A stretch of 55,586 nucleotides of DNA from a virus (lineage: Duplodnaviria > Caudoviricetes), in the IMG/VR virus record IMGVR_UViG_3300048838_000528, positions 1-55,586 of that record. The stretch is one strand, 5' to 3'. The translations under genes and the position numbers were made by a program. The notes below the pieces were generated by a model, which saw only the letters and a program-made list of their open reading frames with translations, searched no databases and was not told the origin of the DNA. Of this stretch, positions 35,901 to 45,418 are shown in pieces (position 1 is the first letter of the stretch; each line of letters opens with the position of its first letter).

Positions 35901-36657
35901 AGGCGTTTTCAACTTGCTTTTCACCTATAAGTGCTTGATTTGTTAAAGCAATATCGTTCACATCAGCAATGTATGCTAAAATATAACGGATATACTCTTC
36001 TGTGATTGAAACTGTGTGGGTTGGTCTTGGCAAGTTGCCTTTTTGTATTTGCATACCAACAATATTATATTGTTTGGTATCAACCATATTCACTTGAACC
36101 GTTGGTTCGTCAATCAAAGTCCATGTGTACGTTTCAAGTTCGCCATCGTAGATGATTGAATAAAAACCAAAACCGTTTAAACCTTCCGTTGTGTAAACAT
36201 ACGCTACCGAGTTCAAATCATAAAGTGTTTCGGTTGCAGGATGGTCGGTTTTTAAATTGGTGTACGTTGCAAATGCACCTAACAATCCATCGCCTGCGGT
36301 TTGAACAACCGTTGCTTGAACGCCTAATACCGAAGTACCGTTAGCGTTCCATTGCAAAACTTGTGGTGGAACTAAAAGTGAATATTTAGCAAACGTTCTT
36401 GCCAAAGCCTCACCTGTAATAACTTTTTGAACCGTACCACCGTAAAGCGTTGGAAAAAATACCGACGTTGGGTAACCTTTCCCATCGGCTTTAAAATTAA
36501 CCATGACAACGTTTGTTGAAACGCCATCTTCTAAATAAACATCTAATCGGTTTACGTTAGACGCAGGGTGAAAATTAGCCAAACCGTATGGGTCGTATTG
36601 CGTCCCATTTGTAGTGAAAAATACTTCACCGTAAGTCTGTCTTAAAGGGTCTGCCAT
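32935..36657 (-). CDS. tail fibre / receptor-binding protein
   Basis: 1240 aa; coiled-coil stalk, AGLMSAQDK fibre motif, LVTNGDFE..W carbohydrate-binding-like module, LYQLATP C-terminal motif. Confidence 0.82.
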   Translation of the reverse strand: MADPLRQTYGEVFFTTNGTQYDPYGLANFHPASNVNRLDVYLEDGVSTNVVMVNFKADGKGYPTSVFFPTLYGGTVQKVITGEALARTFAKYSLLVPPQVLQWNANGTSVLGVQATVVQTAGDGLLGAFATYTNLKTDHPATETLYDLNSVAYVYTTEGLNGFGFYSIIYDGELETYTWTLIDEPTVQVNMVDTKQYNIVGMQIQKGNLPRPTHTVSITEEYIRYILAYIADVNDIALTNQALIGEKQVENAYIIDGTPLASDWLSLTDGGLAFTPVCGTFYIIQDGTTVDDSAYIGLEYIWDGNEYIEFADSQGTLLQRVGTTECDIQSIIDGSQDITYDPTISGLVATTLKTAVDEIVGMIDDIEQDILDLQTNKEDKSNKVTAWGTPDNVKYPTTKLVDDRLDPIELSISGLETFKDTTVPATYETIVNADTHRGRTTALENANMIKSIARTGTNLITLTFYDNTTSNILTLVEMKSFIGNATQSLAGLMSAQDKVDLDTLVALFDSDADDVVNTIAEILAIFENYPEGVDLVTVLAGKVDKTITVNGYTLDDNVVMNAEDVPVSHSGTNYLDASDDVKQDIELLDTQVKANADTLSDHETRIDTLEESDVRQDLSIKRIEESLRKTSGDTAEEDGTSIIHFDSDVANAPLSVEVEGMILDAPQLVTNGDFEDGTTGWSLITATGSVSGGIYSFTANATSGRLIEDSSALIEGDKYYWDFKVKVTSGTNEIVVGDGTSAVGYHSGSGEYEHITGVLTQGATKYATVQDNRSSDWTQIDVDYIYTFNISTLIANKQYSPLFNTTFDLMSDANIKTQMDAWVTSGELPNDNIQSVSGNKRLRAVGKNLSREEWRLGDWDGSVLSVRLSTNQRIPVKQGVTYTYSRSNTTIDFSFAYVENIDDTTFYTTTGWNVASFTPTKDLYAVAVLKRSDDDVISLSDVDGWNFMVEANATATTYEAYVDSELYLQANANLNRVPNGVKDTIEYRNGKFYHVKRVQEYTLVSGDMSSLFTAGADTDLVIIPLSNYNGAKASTAGIDLQYVVDNFNLEINPSFTGSLTNVNNFATDTTNMYLIVSKSTYADLAEAQAALAGTKILYQLATPIETEIDVDNFLMGSPNMTLYIDDMVEDADIYTTNITVTNPISELVEIVKIADDGTQTQLDVADSTVAGDGLSFTHTGLTAGDRVYFNYIYQGTYIKGTTTITYYDDDRIITDSVTGTVYKIIFTIASGVITVDKVAV

Positions 36658-36769
36658 TTTACATCACTTTCCTTTCTATTCTTTTAAATAAAAAATCGGC
36701 TACATTAAAATAACCGATTTAATTGTAACATTTTGTCCTTTTTAATTGTGATATAATAAAACTACTTGG

Positions 36770-36797
36770 TAGGGTGAGGCTTTGCAACCTCACCCTA
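36770..36797 (-). terminator. GC-rich hairpin (terminator or mRNA stabiliser)
   Basis: tagggtgagg...cctcacccta. Confidence 0.5.
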
Positions 36798-36827
36798 TTA
36801 GTATTATAAAACTTTTTAAAACGTTTA

Positions 36828-37001
36828 TCAATTAGAAACTTCTTGACTTAATTTCAATTCGATTTCTTCGTCAGTCAAACCTCTTGCCTTTAATACCTTG
36901 CGTTTGTTTGCGTCATTCATGGCTTTTTTAAGTTTTCTAATTTCATCCATTTCCATGTTTAACTCAACCTTAACGCCTTCAATTTTCGTGTTTTCTTTCA
37001 T
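36828..37001 (-). CDS. 57-aa hypothetical protein
   Basis: GGAGG RBS; MKENTKIEGVKVELNMEM... Confidence 0.65.
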   Translation of the reverse strand: MKENTKIEGVKVELNMEMDEIRKLKKAMNDANKRKVLKARGLTDEEIELKLSQEVSN

Positions 37002-37010
37002 ATTATCCTC

Positions 37011-37391
37011 CTACGCAAAATTAAATGTTTCACTCGAAATGTAATAACTACCATCCGAAGTAGTATAACTGCCACTCACTGTAAAATATGCAATAACATT
37101 ACCCGTTGCCGAGTTTTCATAAGCAATACAAGAAAGTGTCGTGCCACTTGGAATGGCAAACATAATTGGTGTGCTTGAAGCACTGTTAGCCGATGTCAAT
37201 ATGCCACCTGAAGCCGTAGCCCATGACATTGTAACATATCTCGCCCCACTTGAAGTATACCCTGCATAATTTGCAGAGTAACCTGAAATTGCTGTGTCTA
37301 TAGTTGGCGTTGTTTTAAGTAAATATACTCTATCCAAATCGCCACCTAATAGGTTTAACATTCTATTCTTTGCTGAACTTGATAGTGCCAT
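37011..37391 (-). CDS. small virion/tail-associated protein
   Basis: MALS...NRML, FAIPSG; paralogous to 37395. Confidence 0.65.
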   Translation of the reverse strand: MALSSSAKNRMLNLLGGDLDRVYLLKTTPTIDTAISGYSANYAGYTSSGARYVTMSWATASGGILTSANSASSTPIMFAIPSGTTLSCIAYENSATGNVIAYFTVSGSYTTSDGSYYISSETFNFA

Positions 37392-37394
37392 AAT

Positions 37395-37715
37395 TTATCC
37401 CTCCAATGTCTTTCTAAATAGGTTGATGGTATACGTCCCATTTGATGTAAAGGTTTCATTTGTAACCTCTGCTGTTTCAAAAACATCAGATAATGTACCA
37501 TTATAAAGTGTGATATAGTCTACTGTTTTTCCTGATGGTACAGCAAACACCACGTTTTCAACTTCTGTTGAACCACCTGAAGCCTGACTAAAATAAACGG
37601 TTTCACTGTCTATCAATGTGTCTGCACTATCATATAGCCTCATGACAGTAGCCCCACCACTTCGATAAAATTCTAAATCTAACATTTTGTTAAATTCAAC
37701 ATTACTAATCGCCAT
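37395..37715 (-). CDS. small virion/tail-associated protein
   Basis: MAIS...NKML, FAVPSG, F.S.GTY.I; paralogous to 37011. Confidence 0.65.
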   Translation of the reverse strand: MAISNVEFNKMLDLEFYRSGGATVMRLYDSADTLIDSETVYFSQASGGSTEVENVVFAVPSGKTVDYITLYNGTLSDVFETAEVTNETFTSNGTYTINLFRKTLEG

Positions 37716-37737
37716 AATTTTATTCTCCTTTTTGCAT

Positions 37738-40700
37738 TTATTCTACTTTATAGTAGTAATATACTGGGCTACATATATAGCCACTATTTCTCGTCACTCT
37801 AACAATCGTACCCAATCCGTAGTCATTTGCTGAATAGTTTGCTTTAAGCCATGATAGGATGGTTGTAAATGTTGCGCATGTCGTACCACTCGATGTATAA
37901 ACTAAATCGTATGAGTAACCTGTTTCTAATGTGTACTTCCATTCAAGCGTGTCATATGTTGTTGTTTCGTCGATGTATCTCACGTTTGTATTGTTGTTGA
38001 TGTTGCCAATGTTGGTTGTATGGGCTACGGTTTCTAAATCAATAATGCTTTCCCAATAATCATCCCCATACTCAAACGTTTCGGTTTCCGTAATTACTCT
38101 CGAGCCTGATATTCTATTTATATTGCCTATCGTGGTTAAGTGATTGATGGTTTCCGTGTCTATCACATCTTGCCAGTAGTCATCACCGTATTCAAAGTAT
38201 TCACTTTCTGTTATAACTCTTTCTTGTGGTGCTAAAACATTAATATTACCAACTTGCGTTGTATGTTCAATTGTTTGTGGGTCTATAATGCTTTCCCAGA
38301 AGTCATCGCCATACAAGAAATCTTGTGTTTCTATAATATGTCTAATTTGTGGTGATAGGGTATTCATGTTTCCAACTTGCGTTGTATGTTCCAAAGTATC
38401 CGTTTCTATGAAAATTCTAACTTGGTCGTAAATAATACTTCGATTACCGATTGTTGTTTGGTTTGGATAGAAGTGCAATCTCGTTGCATTAAACCCATTA
38501 TAATCTTGATTACAAGCCATGTAAAGGTTTCCTAAACTGTCACCAATAGCCCAAGATGTAAGAAATGATGTATTTATGGTTGAACTAAATCTAAATTGCC
38601 CATTTAAATATGAAGCATTTACACCATTTTCAATTTTAATAGGCGTCCCATATCCTGTTTTTACTTTATAAATACTGAACTTATCATATTGCGTACCGTT
38701 TGTATAGGGATAAAACCACATTTCCGTTCCAACGACTTCATCAAATTCCGTTTCGGGATTATTAACCAAAAAGTTATTAGTGAAAAATGATATGCCTAAA
38801 ACATATTCTTTATAATCAAATGGCATGACACTTGTTTGAATAGCAACTTTTATACTTTGCGATTTATCTTTCTTGCCAAACATAAGTGGATTGTAACTTG
38901 TATGCGTTGTAACTACGCTACCACTTCTATGTGTTACAAAATTACCAATTTCAAACTCATTTTGGTCGTGTATTCTTGTTAGTGGATAATTTTGTAGCCT
39001 TTCTGTTTCACTATAATTATCATCGTGTAATAAATCATCAATAAGAAATCTTGTTGCAAAAGCAAACCATAACTTCGTAAACTCACCATTTAAATCCGTG
39101 TATCTAACTGCTTTATTATAATAAAGTGTTGATGAACCAGTTTCTGCTTGAACAGCGTCACCTGCTACTTGGTTTCCACTAAAACCAAATACAAATGAAA
39201 ATCCATGTTTCCCACCAAACGAACGAACGGGATTTAAAATAAAATATTTGTAGTCGTAATCGTCAAGATAAACTTTTTCAAAACCATCCGTTTTAATGTA
39301 AGCCGTTGTAACCTTTGTTTTACCACCTGTAACCGTATCATTCCAATCATTCATCAAAGTACCAAAAATCAATTTCAATGCGTTATCTGTAATCATCGTT
39401 GTTTCTTCTACAAATGAAATGTTTGGTTTTGTAATAAAAATATTTTCGTTAAATATTTCTTGTCTTTCAAAAACTTGATTTGATGATGGAATTTCTTGCC
39501 AACGGTATTCTTGGTCTACTTTAGTCCATAAACTCAAACGGTTATGGTCTTTAGTTGCTACATAACTCGCCTTAACAAACTCGTTATGAAACTCAAACTT
39601 TTCTTCTACAATTATGTAATCGTTTTCATCTTTCATCCCCCACCTTAATAAATTGGAATAATCCTCATATATTTTTTGGAATTGAATAGATGGAACGCCT
39701 GCACGTTGTGTATCGCCATGTGCTCTCAAACTTGCAAATGATATATTCATCGCCTTATCGTTTTGGTTTAGGCGTCCTTCACTGTAATATAAACTATTTG
39801 ATATGTTTTCACGGTATGTCTGAAATGGAAAACTCTCAAATGTAATATATTTTAATTGAAATTGCAAATCTCTAAACTCGGCTTGCGTTGGCATATCATA
39901 AGATATATTATAACCCGAATAAACAACGGTATCTTCGCCTAAAATTGTATATCTTGGCGTTATGCCATGCCGTGTAATATATTCATTCAATGCTTCATAA
40001 ATTGTACCATACACAAGATTTGTTTGTGTAACTTCACCTTGCACTGCACTCAAATCTATGAACTTTGTGCCTTGTTGCCAATAAAGATTTGAAACGGCAT
40101 TTTCACGTAGCCCAACATTTTCATCAAACATTCTTGCGTACTCAATTGTTGGGAAATTAACCGTTTTTAATTTTAATAACCATTCTTCACGGTTTATAAA
40201 TCTTGGTGTTAAATCTAATACAAAATCATTTATTTCTTCGGGGTCTGTATCGCCAAGTGGTATTGCACGTTCTATTACTATGCTATCTATAAAAGCGTAA
40301 AATGATGTTGGCATATACATTTCTGCTTCAAGTTGTAATCCAAAATCAGTATCCAAAATCTGAACTTTAGCAGAACGAACTGTTTTGTAAAGATTTTCGG
40401 CAGGTGATGTAACCGTTTCTTCTTCAAAAGAAGTTGGTAATACACGTTCACCCCAAACAATACCTTGATTGAATAGGTTTACTGCTTCTTGGCTTGAACC
40501 ATAAGCAATTAAATCTTCTAAATCAAAACTTCCTGTTATCTTATTATATTCATCCATAGAAAGCATATCAATATCTTCACTGTTGTAATAAAATCTGCTG
40601 ATAGCATTTACGTATGAAAATATCGTATTTAAAATTTGTCTCATGGTTGCCTTTTGCAAAAACATTTGAGGCATTTCCACACTTGCTAAATAATCTTCTA

Positions 40701-41547
40701 TTTCGGTGTCAATATTAAATAATCTCGTATCATCATGGTATATTTTGCTTTCAAAAGGTTTGCTATCACGAATAATATTGATTGCGTCTAAAACGCTTAA
40801 ACCACTTCTTGCAATCGCCGTTACATAAAATCTTTTATCTATTGTATCACCCAAAGTGACGTGATTAAAATAAATGTCGATTGTATGTTCTCCAATATCA
40901 TCAAAATCAAACGTGTAATCGCCTGACGTTAAATTGTGTGCCGTTTCACTATCAACTTGAATGTAAACATCTCGTTCTGAAAAATAAGATAGATTAGTGC
41001 CTGCACTTGATGTGACTTGTATGCACTTTCCAACTTGACTAATCGTAATTGTTTCGCCTGTGTAATATTGTGTTCTTATATCCACATAAGGCATAAAGTA
41101 TTCCAAGTCGATTGAATAATCTGTGGATGGTGCAGTATGTGTACTTACAAGATTGTAATTATTCATAACCCTAAATGGTGCAGGATTATTATTCTTTAAT
41201 GGTTTAGTATAAGTAAACGTGTGGTAAAGGTAACTATCGTACTTGCCCGAATATTCCATGACACGTAAATTGTGTTTCCATTCGCCATACTTTGAACCTT
41301 CTTCAACTTCATCACTTAAAATAATATAGGTTGCTTCCACTTGATTTCCTGCGTAATCTTCACTTAATATTTCAAGTAAACCACGCATTGGATACTCATA
41401 ATTTCTTATCGTAAATGGGAGGTGTAAGCCTGCTTCGTCTAAAGGTTCTTCAAACTTACCGATAGCACTCGCACCGATTGAAACGTTTTCGAGTTCTACG
41501 CCATTCAACATAAACTTATTCTTAAAATATTTTCTATATGTTGGCAT
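37738..41547 (-). CDS. large tail-tip/hub protein with C-terminal 40-aa repeats
   Basis: 1269 aa in tail position; repeats YGDD(F/Y)W...HTT..GN. Confidence 0.65.
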   Translation of the reverse strand: MPTYRKYFKNKFMLNGVELENVSIGASAIGKFEEPLDEAGLHLPFTIRNYEYPMRGLLEILSEDYAGNQVEATYIILSDEVEEGSKYGEWKHNLRVMEYSGKYDSYLYHTFTYTKPLKNNNPAPFRVMNNYNLVSTHTAPSTDYSIDLEYFMPYVDIRTQYYTGETITISQVGKCIQVTSSAGTNLSYFSERDVYIQVDSETAHNLTSGDYTFDFDDIGEHTIDIYFNHVTLGDTIDKRFYVTAIARSGLSVLDAINIIRDSKPFESKIYHDDTRLFNIDTEIEDYLASVEMPQMFLQKATMRQILNTIFSYVNAISRFYYNSEDIDMLSMDEYNKITGSFDLEDLIAYGSSQEAVNLFNQGIVWGERVLPTSFEEETVTSPAENLYKTVRSAKVQILDTDFGLQLEAEMYMPTSFYAFIDSIVIERAIPLGDTDPEEINDFVLDLTPRFINREEWLLKLKTVNFPTIEYARMFDENVGLRENAVSNLYWQQGTKFIDLSAVQGEVTQTNLVYGTIYEALNEYITRHGITPRYTILGEDTVVYSGYNISYDMPTQAEFRDLQFQLKYITFESFPFQTYRENISNSLYYSEGRLNQNDKAMNISFASLRAHGDTQRAGVPSIQFQKIYEDYSNLLRWGMKDENDYIIVEEKFEFHNEFVKASYVATKDHNRLSLWTKVDQEYRWQEIPSSNQVFERQEIFNENIFITKPNISFVEETTMITDNALKLIFGTLMNDWNDTVTGGKTKVTTAYIKTDGFEKVYLDDYDYKYFILNPVRSFGGKHGFSFVFGFSGNQVAGDAVQAETGSSTLYYNKAVRYTDLNGEFTKLWFAFATRFLIDDLLHDDNYSETERLQNYPLTRIHDQNEFEIGNFVTHRSGSVVTTHTSYNPLMFGKKDKSQSIKVAIQTSVMPFDYKEYVLGISFFTNNFLVNNPETEFDEVVGTEMWFYPYTNGTQYDKFSIYKVKTGYGTPIKIENGVNASYLNGQFRFSSTINTSFLTSWAIGDSLGNLYMACNQDYNGFNATRLHFYPNQTTIGNRSIIYDQVRIFIETDTLEHTTQVGNMNTLSPQIRHIIETQDFLYGDDFWESIIDPQTIEHTTQVGNINVLAPQERVITESEYFEYGDDYWQDVIDTETINHLTTIGNINRISGSRVITETETFEYGDDYWESIIDLETVAHTTNIGNINNNTNVRYIDETTTYDTLEWKYTLETGYSYDLVYTSSGTTCATFTTILSWLKANYSANDYGLGTIVRVTRNSGYICSPVYYYYKVE

Positions 41548-41572
41548 TGTGCTATCTCCTTTTCTTCAATTT

Positions 41573-42052
41573 CTAACGCTTTACCCCATATTGATTTCCA
41601 ACAATAGCCTTGCCTGTCAATTCACGGTAATATTGGTTTTGTTCATTTTGTCTATTGGTAATCTTTTGTTGAAGAAAACCATAGGCGTAAACATCATCCA
41701 CAAAGTATCTTACAGGGTTTAAAATATAATTTTTTGTTCTTTTAATATTACCTGTTGTTAAAATATCACCCGTAGAGGCTTGCCGTATATCAAGGTACAT
41801 ATCCAAAGCCTTGTTTGCAAGTGTTACGCCTGCAAATGCAACAGCACCTGCAAAACCCATACGTTTAAGACTTCCTGAACCGTATGAATTAGCATTAAAA
41901 GCCTGTGGAACTTTTGAAACCACTTTAGATAACTTAAACTTTGAGGTATTGTTTTGTCTTATTTGCTGTACGCTTCTTTTAGCAGATGTTTTTAAATTGC
42001 TTTGCCCACCACTACCATTTAGGTTAATATTAATATTATGATTGGTTGCCAT
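41573..42052 (-). CDS. basic 159-aa protein in tape-measure position
   Basis: basic N-terminus, GFAGAVAFAGVTLA hydrophobic stretch. Confidence 0.5.
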   Translation of the reverse strand: MATNHNININLNGSGGQSNLKTSAKRSVQQIRQNNTSKFKLSKVVSKVPQAFNANSYGSGSLKRMGFAGAVAFAGVTLANKALDMYLDIRQASTGDILTTGNIKRTKNYILNPVRYFVDDVYAYGFLQQKITNRQNEQNQYYRELTGKAIVGNQYGVKR

Positions 42053-42061
42053 CTATTCCAC

Positions 42062-43123
42062 CTACTTTGCAGACACGCTAAAGCCAACCGAGAATACAAT
42101 AGGTTCACCATATACTATCTCACTTGGTGACGCTTCGCCTATTACAAGGCGAATATTCGATTTTTGCATATCTGAAACGTATTGGTAATCACCGTTTGCG
42201 TCCAACTCTTTAAACTTCATATTTAGTACGTAAATATGTGGTTTATCTAAAACTTCAAAAGTTTCTTTGAATAATTTTCTAATAATAGGTTTTGTGCTGT
42301 CAAACAAAAAAGTGAATACAACTGCAAAACCCCTTGACTTTACATAATTATGAACTTGCTTATACTTTTCGTTTGTTGTTGAAAATGAACGTAACGTTTG
42401 AAAACTTTCCAAATCTTGTGTCGTACCAAAATCTGCAATTAGTGGAATAACGTCTTCAAAATCTTCACTTGTTAAAGTTATTTCTGCGTCGCTTTCATCA
42501 TATTCAACCCGTGCAAATTCCCATTCAAATTGATTGCCAAGTTCTACGTTTTTTGAAACAGTAAGTGTTGTGGTTAGAGAATACTCCATGTATCTTCTAC
42601 CCATGATTTCATTTATATCACCAAATACAATACTGTCAGCCGTAGTGGCTATTCTTAAATGGTCTGTAATTCTTGAACCACTTTCATTTGTTAAATCTAT
42701 TTCACTGATTTCTAAAGTATCTAAATTACCAATTAAATTATCACGGACTTCTTCTATTGCAAGCCGAATGATTTCACTTATTGGGTTGTCTACAAATACC
42801 AAGAAAGATAAAGTAATATCATAAGAAACCAATTGAACATTTGGAAGTGGCGTGTATTCACCACTTGAAATGCCACCACTCATTACAACAAAGTTCTTTT
42901 TGTCATTTTGATAGGTTTCTTCATTGAAAACATAACTCTCATCAAAATGTCCGTTTTCGTTTGCATTTTGTGGTGCGTAAATATATAAGTGCACTTGGTC
43001 TGCGTCATCAGCATACGGTTCGTAAGCACCCATCTTAAATGGTATTCCAAAACTGTTATCATTAAACTTATCTGCTAAATACTTCAATAAGTCCGTTTGT
43101 TTAATATTTGTCAAAGTGCTCAC
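42062..43123 (-). CDS. tail protein (possible terminator/tube fusion)
   Basis: 353 aa, beta-rich, follows the neck genes. Confidence 0.5.
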   Translation of the reverse strand: MSTLTNIKQTDLLKYLADKFNDNSFGIPFKMGAYEPYADDADQVHLYIYAPQNANENGHFDESYVFNEETYQNDKKNFVVMSGGISSGEYTPLPNVQLVSYDITLSFLVFVDNPISEIIRLAIEEVRDNLIGNLDTLEISEIDLTNESGSRITDHLRIATTADSIVFGDINEIMGRRYMEYSLTTTLTVSKNVELGNQFEWEFARVEYDESDAEITLTSEDFEDVIPLIADFGTTQDLESFQTLRSFSTTNEKYKQVHNYVKSRGFAVVFTFLFDSTKPIIRKLFKETFEVLDKPHIYVLNMKFKELDANGDYQYVSDMQKSNIRLVIGEASPSEIVYGEPIVFSVGFSVSAK

Positions 43124-43735
43124 CTACTTTCTTAATGCTAATGCCATCAAACTATTTCTTTCTTCGTAATTTGGGGTATCCATATACCACATATTTGACT
43201 TTTGATTTAACTTCTTGTTATATAAATATCTTGAACCTTGTTGTTTACCTTGCATTTTGGCTTGATTACTTCCAACAACACCACGATAGCGTATTTGAGA
43301 TAATTTTCTTCTGTCATCAGCCGTGATTTGTTTGTCACTCCAACCTAATGATTGCATGATTTTACGTTCATAAAACATAGGTCCTTGTTTGCTGATTGAT
43401 AAAGTTGCAGAAGGAGGATTTGTAAGAAAACCTGTTTTACCTGTTTTGAAATAGGTAATCAATTCTTGTATCATATTACCAACAGTCAAATTTGAAATAA
43501 AACCTTTATGTTTTTTAACAGGTCCCATACCTTCTTCAAGATAATGCAAATAAATTGCATTTAATGCGTTGTAAATAAATTGTTTTCTCGTTGGACTATT
43601 TTTGCTCATTGTAATTGCACGTCTCAAATTACCCGTATCATACGGTGCGTATGCAATCGCAATGTGCCATAGCCAATTTCCAAGTTCGGGTGTCATGGAC
43701 GTTACCTTGCCATTTGTATTGATGTTAAAATCCAT
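43124..43735 (-). CDS. neck/tail-completion protein (HK97 gp10-like)
   Basis: APYDTGNLRRAI and Y..YLEEG motifs. Confidence 0.75.
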   Translation of the reverse strand: MDFNINTNGKVTSMTPELGNWLWHIAIAYAPYDTGNLRRAITMSKNSPTRKQFIYNALNAIYLHYLEEGMGPVKKHKGFISNLTVGNMIQELITYFKTGKTGFLTNPPSATLSISKQGPMFYERKIMQSLGWSDKQITADDRRKLSQIRYRGVVGSNQAKMQGKQQGSRYLYNKKLNQKSNMWYMDTPNYEERNSLMALALRK

Positions 43736-43751
43736 ACCATCACAACCCCTC

Positions 43752-44273
43752 TTAAATAACGGCTAATAATTTAGGTGCAAATCTTTCAAAACCTTTTGGT
43801 GTATTCATTGCCAAAAACTTGTTAGGCGTAGTACCCGATGTAATAATTGTAAGAACTTTCAAAATAATATATTCACGGTCGCCAACCATAATTTTGCCAC
43901 CTGCTTTAAAATCAACATGCGTAGCACTTGTTTCAATACGCCATTTTTGTGATTGACCTAACTGTCTATCCAAATACTCAAATACTTGGAAGTCTAAACC
44001 ACCTTTAGTGTAAACATCAGACTTACCATCACGAAAGTAAAACACCGTTCCCGTGTCTTCATACATTGTCAAACGGTTTCCATCACTATCTTGAAAATTG
44101 TCTACAAAATCGGTTTGAACTTTTGCTTTTAACTGTGCAAGGTTCATTTCTTGATATTTTGGAAACTTTGCTTTTAAATCTAATTCTTGTTTAGGTGCAA
44201 AATATCTACCCTTAAATCCTTGAAGCATAATGGATTGTCCTTGATTAACCCATGTAATGTTAGGCATTACCAC
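43752..44273 (-). CDS. head-closure-like protein
   Basis: position; DFKAGGKIMVGDREYII pattern. Confidence 0.5.
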   Translation of the reverse strand: MVMPNITWVNQGQSIMLQGFKGRYFAPKQELDLKAKFPKYQEMNLAQLKAKVQTDFVDNFQDSDGNRLTMYEDTGTVFYFRDGKSDVYTKGGLDFQVFEYLDRQLGQSQKWRIETSATHVDFKAGGKIMVGDREYIILKVLTIITSGTTPNKFLAMNTPKGFERFAPKLLAVI

Positions 44274-44770
44274 TCACTCCCTGCCGTACTTGCAACCACA
44301 TCAAAATCGTATTTGAAGTAACGTGTTTGCAAACCATTATTTTTCATAATTTCATTTGCAATGGGTGATAAAAACTGTTCGGGTTCTATGCGTAAGGTTT
44401 TCATTTCATGCAAGTTAATACCCGTTTGGTATGCTGTCATGAAACCACCACCACTATGGTTATAGTGAACCGTATCCATAATAAGTGATTTTAGGGCTTT
44501 ACGGGCTTTTGCCGAGTGTGATAAGTAATAAGCCATACGTTCTCTATATTTTTCGTCCTTAAAGGAATAAATACGTGTGTAGATAACGTTAGAAATCAAC
44601 TTTAAATAAAACTCTGCATTCTCTGGTGTCTGCCAAAGTTCAATCAAATCAATACCTGTCAATCCAAGTGAAGCGTCTAACTTCATGTAGTATTGGCGTG
44701 TTTCGTAATCGTATGCTAAAACTTCATCATCATAAGGTGCTGATAAAAAGTCTGTTGTTGGGATAGCCAT
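44267..44770 (-). CDS. head-tail adaptor candidate
   Basis: position; likely start MAIPTTD within track ORF 44267..44821. Confidence 0.55.
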   Translation of the reverse strand: MAIPTTDFLSAPYDDEVLAYDYETRQYYMKLDASLGLTGIDLIELWQTPENAEFYLKLISNVIYTRIYSFKDEKYRERMAYYLSHSAKARKALKSLIMDTVHYNHSGGGFMTAYQTGINLHEMKTLRIEPEQFLSPIANEIMKNNGLQTRYFKYDFDVVASTAGSEW

Positions 44771-45330
44771 TATAAACACCCCCATATATTCATTTGCCCA
44801 TAGGGTTTCCATAAGAACCAAAATATTTTTCCATATTTGGTTGTTTTAAAATCTTCAAAAACTTGACCGCCAACTTCCATTTCAAACTTATGGTCTTTAT
44901 CTTTTTCATAAGCGTTCATGGATACACGGTTTGCTTCATCTTTTAATAAGTCAATATTCAATTCTAAATAATGTGCAATATAAAGTGAAATCATTTGTTT
45001 CCAAATATCTTCCTGCCCAACCAAAGTCCATCTAACACGCAACTTGGCTAAAATGGTAAGTGCATAGAAAAGTGGGTACAACGAACTATCCGTACCCTCA
45101 TTCAAATATTCTGCAAATGCTTTCCCCCATACCAAGAAATCGTCTAAATCGTAATCTGGTTCATCTTCCAAATCATCTTCATAGGTTGGAAATAAAGGTG
45201 ATACGATTTCCACAGCGAGTGTGTTCATGTAGCCAAATGGGTTGAATAGGTCTAAATACAATTCGTTTGTCGATTGGCTATACGATACGTATGGGTTGTC
45301 TTGTAAAGGTATAAACGACATAATATGCAC
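44770..45330 (-). CDS. DUF4054-like head-tail connector
   Basis: LYIAHYL and TKYGKIFW motifs. Confidence 0.75.
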   Translation of the reverse strand: MHIMSFIPLQDNPYVSYSQSTNELYLDLFNPFGYMNTLAVEIVSPLFPTYEDDLEDEPDYDLDDFLVWGKAFAEYLNEGTDSSLYPLFYALTILAKLRVRWTLVGQEDIWKQMISLYIAHYLELNIDLLKDEANRVSMNAYEKDKDHKFEMEVGGQVFEDFKTTKYGKIFWFLWKPYGQMNIWGCL

Positions 45331-45387
45331 CTCTTTCTAAAAGTAACTCCTGTTATAAATATAATATATACATATTGATACTTATAT

Positions 45388-45418
45388 CAAGAGGAGTGGC
45401 AAAAGCCACTCGTTCTTG
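45388..45418 (-). terminator. strong hairpin after the capsid/Ig gene
   Basis: caaga..gagtggc-aaaa-gccactc...tcttg; no clear U tract, so possibly an mRNA stabiliser. Confidence 0.5.

Noticed and set aside
37930-38430. Diversity-generating retroelement template/variable repeats
   Set aside because: No reverse transcriptase is present; the repeats are in-frame protein repeats without an evident adenine-specific pattern
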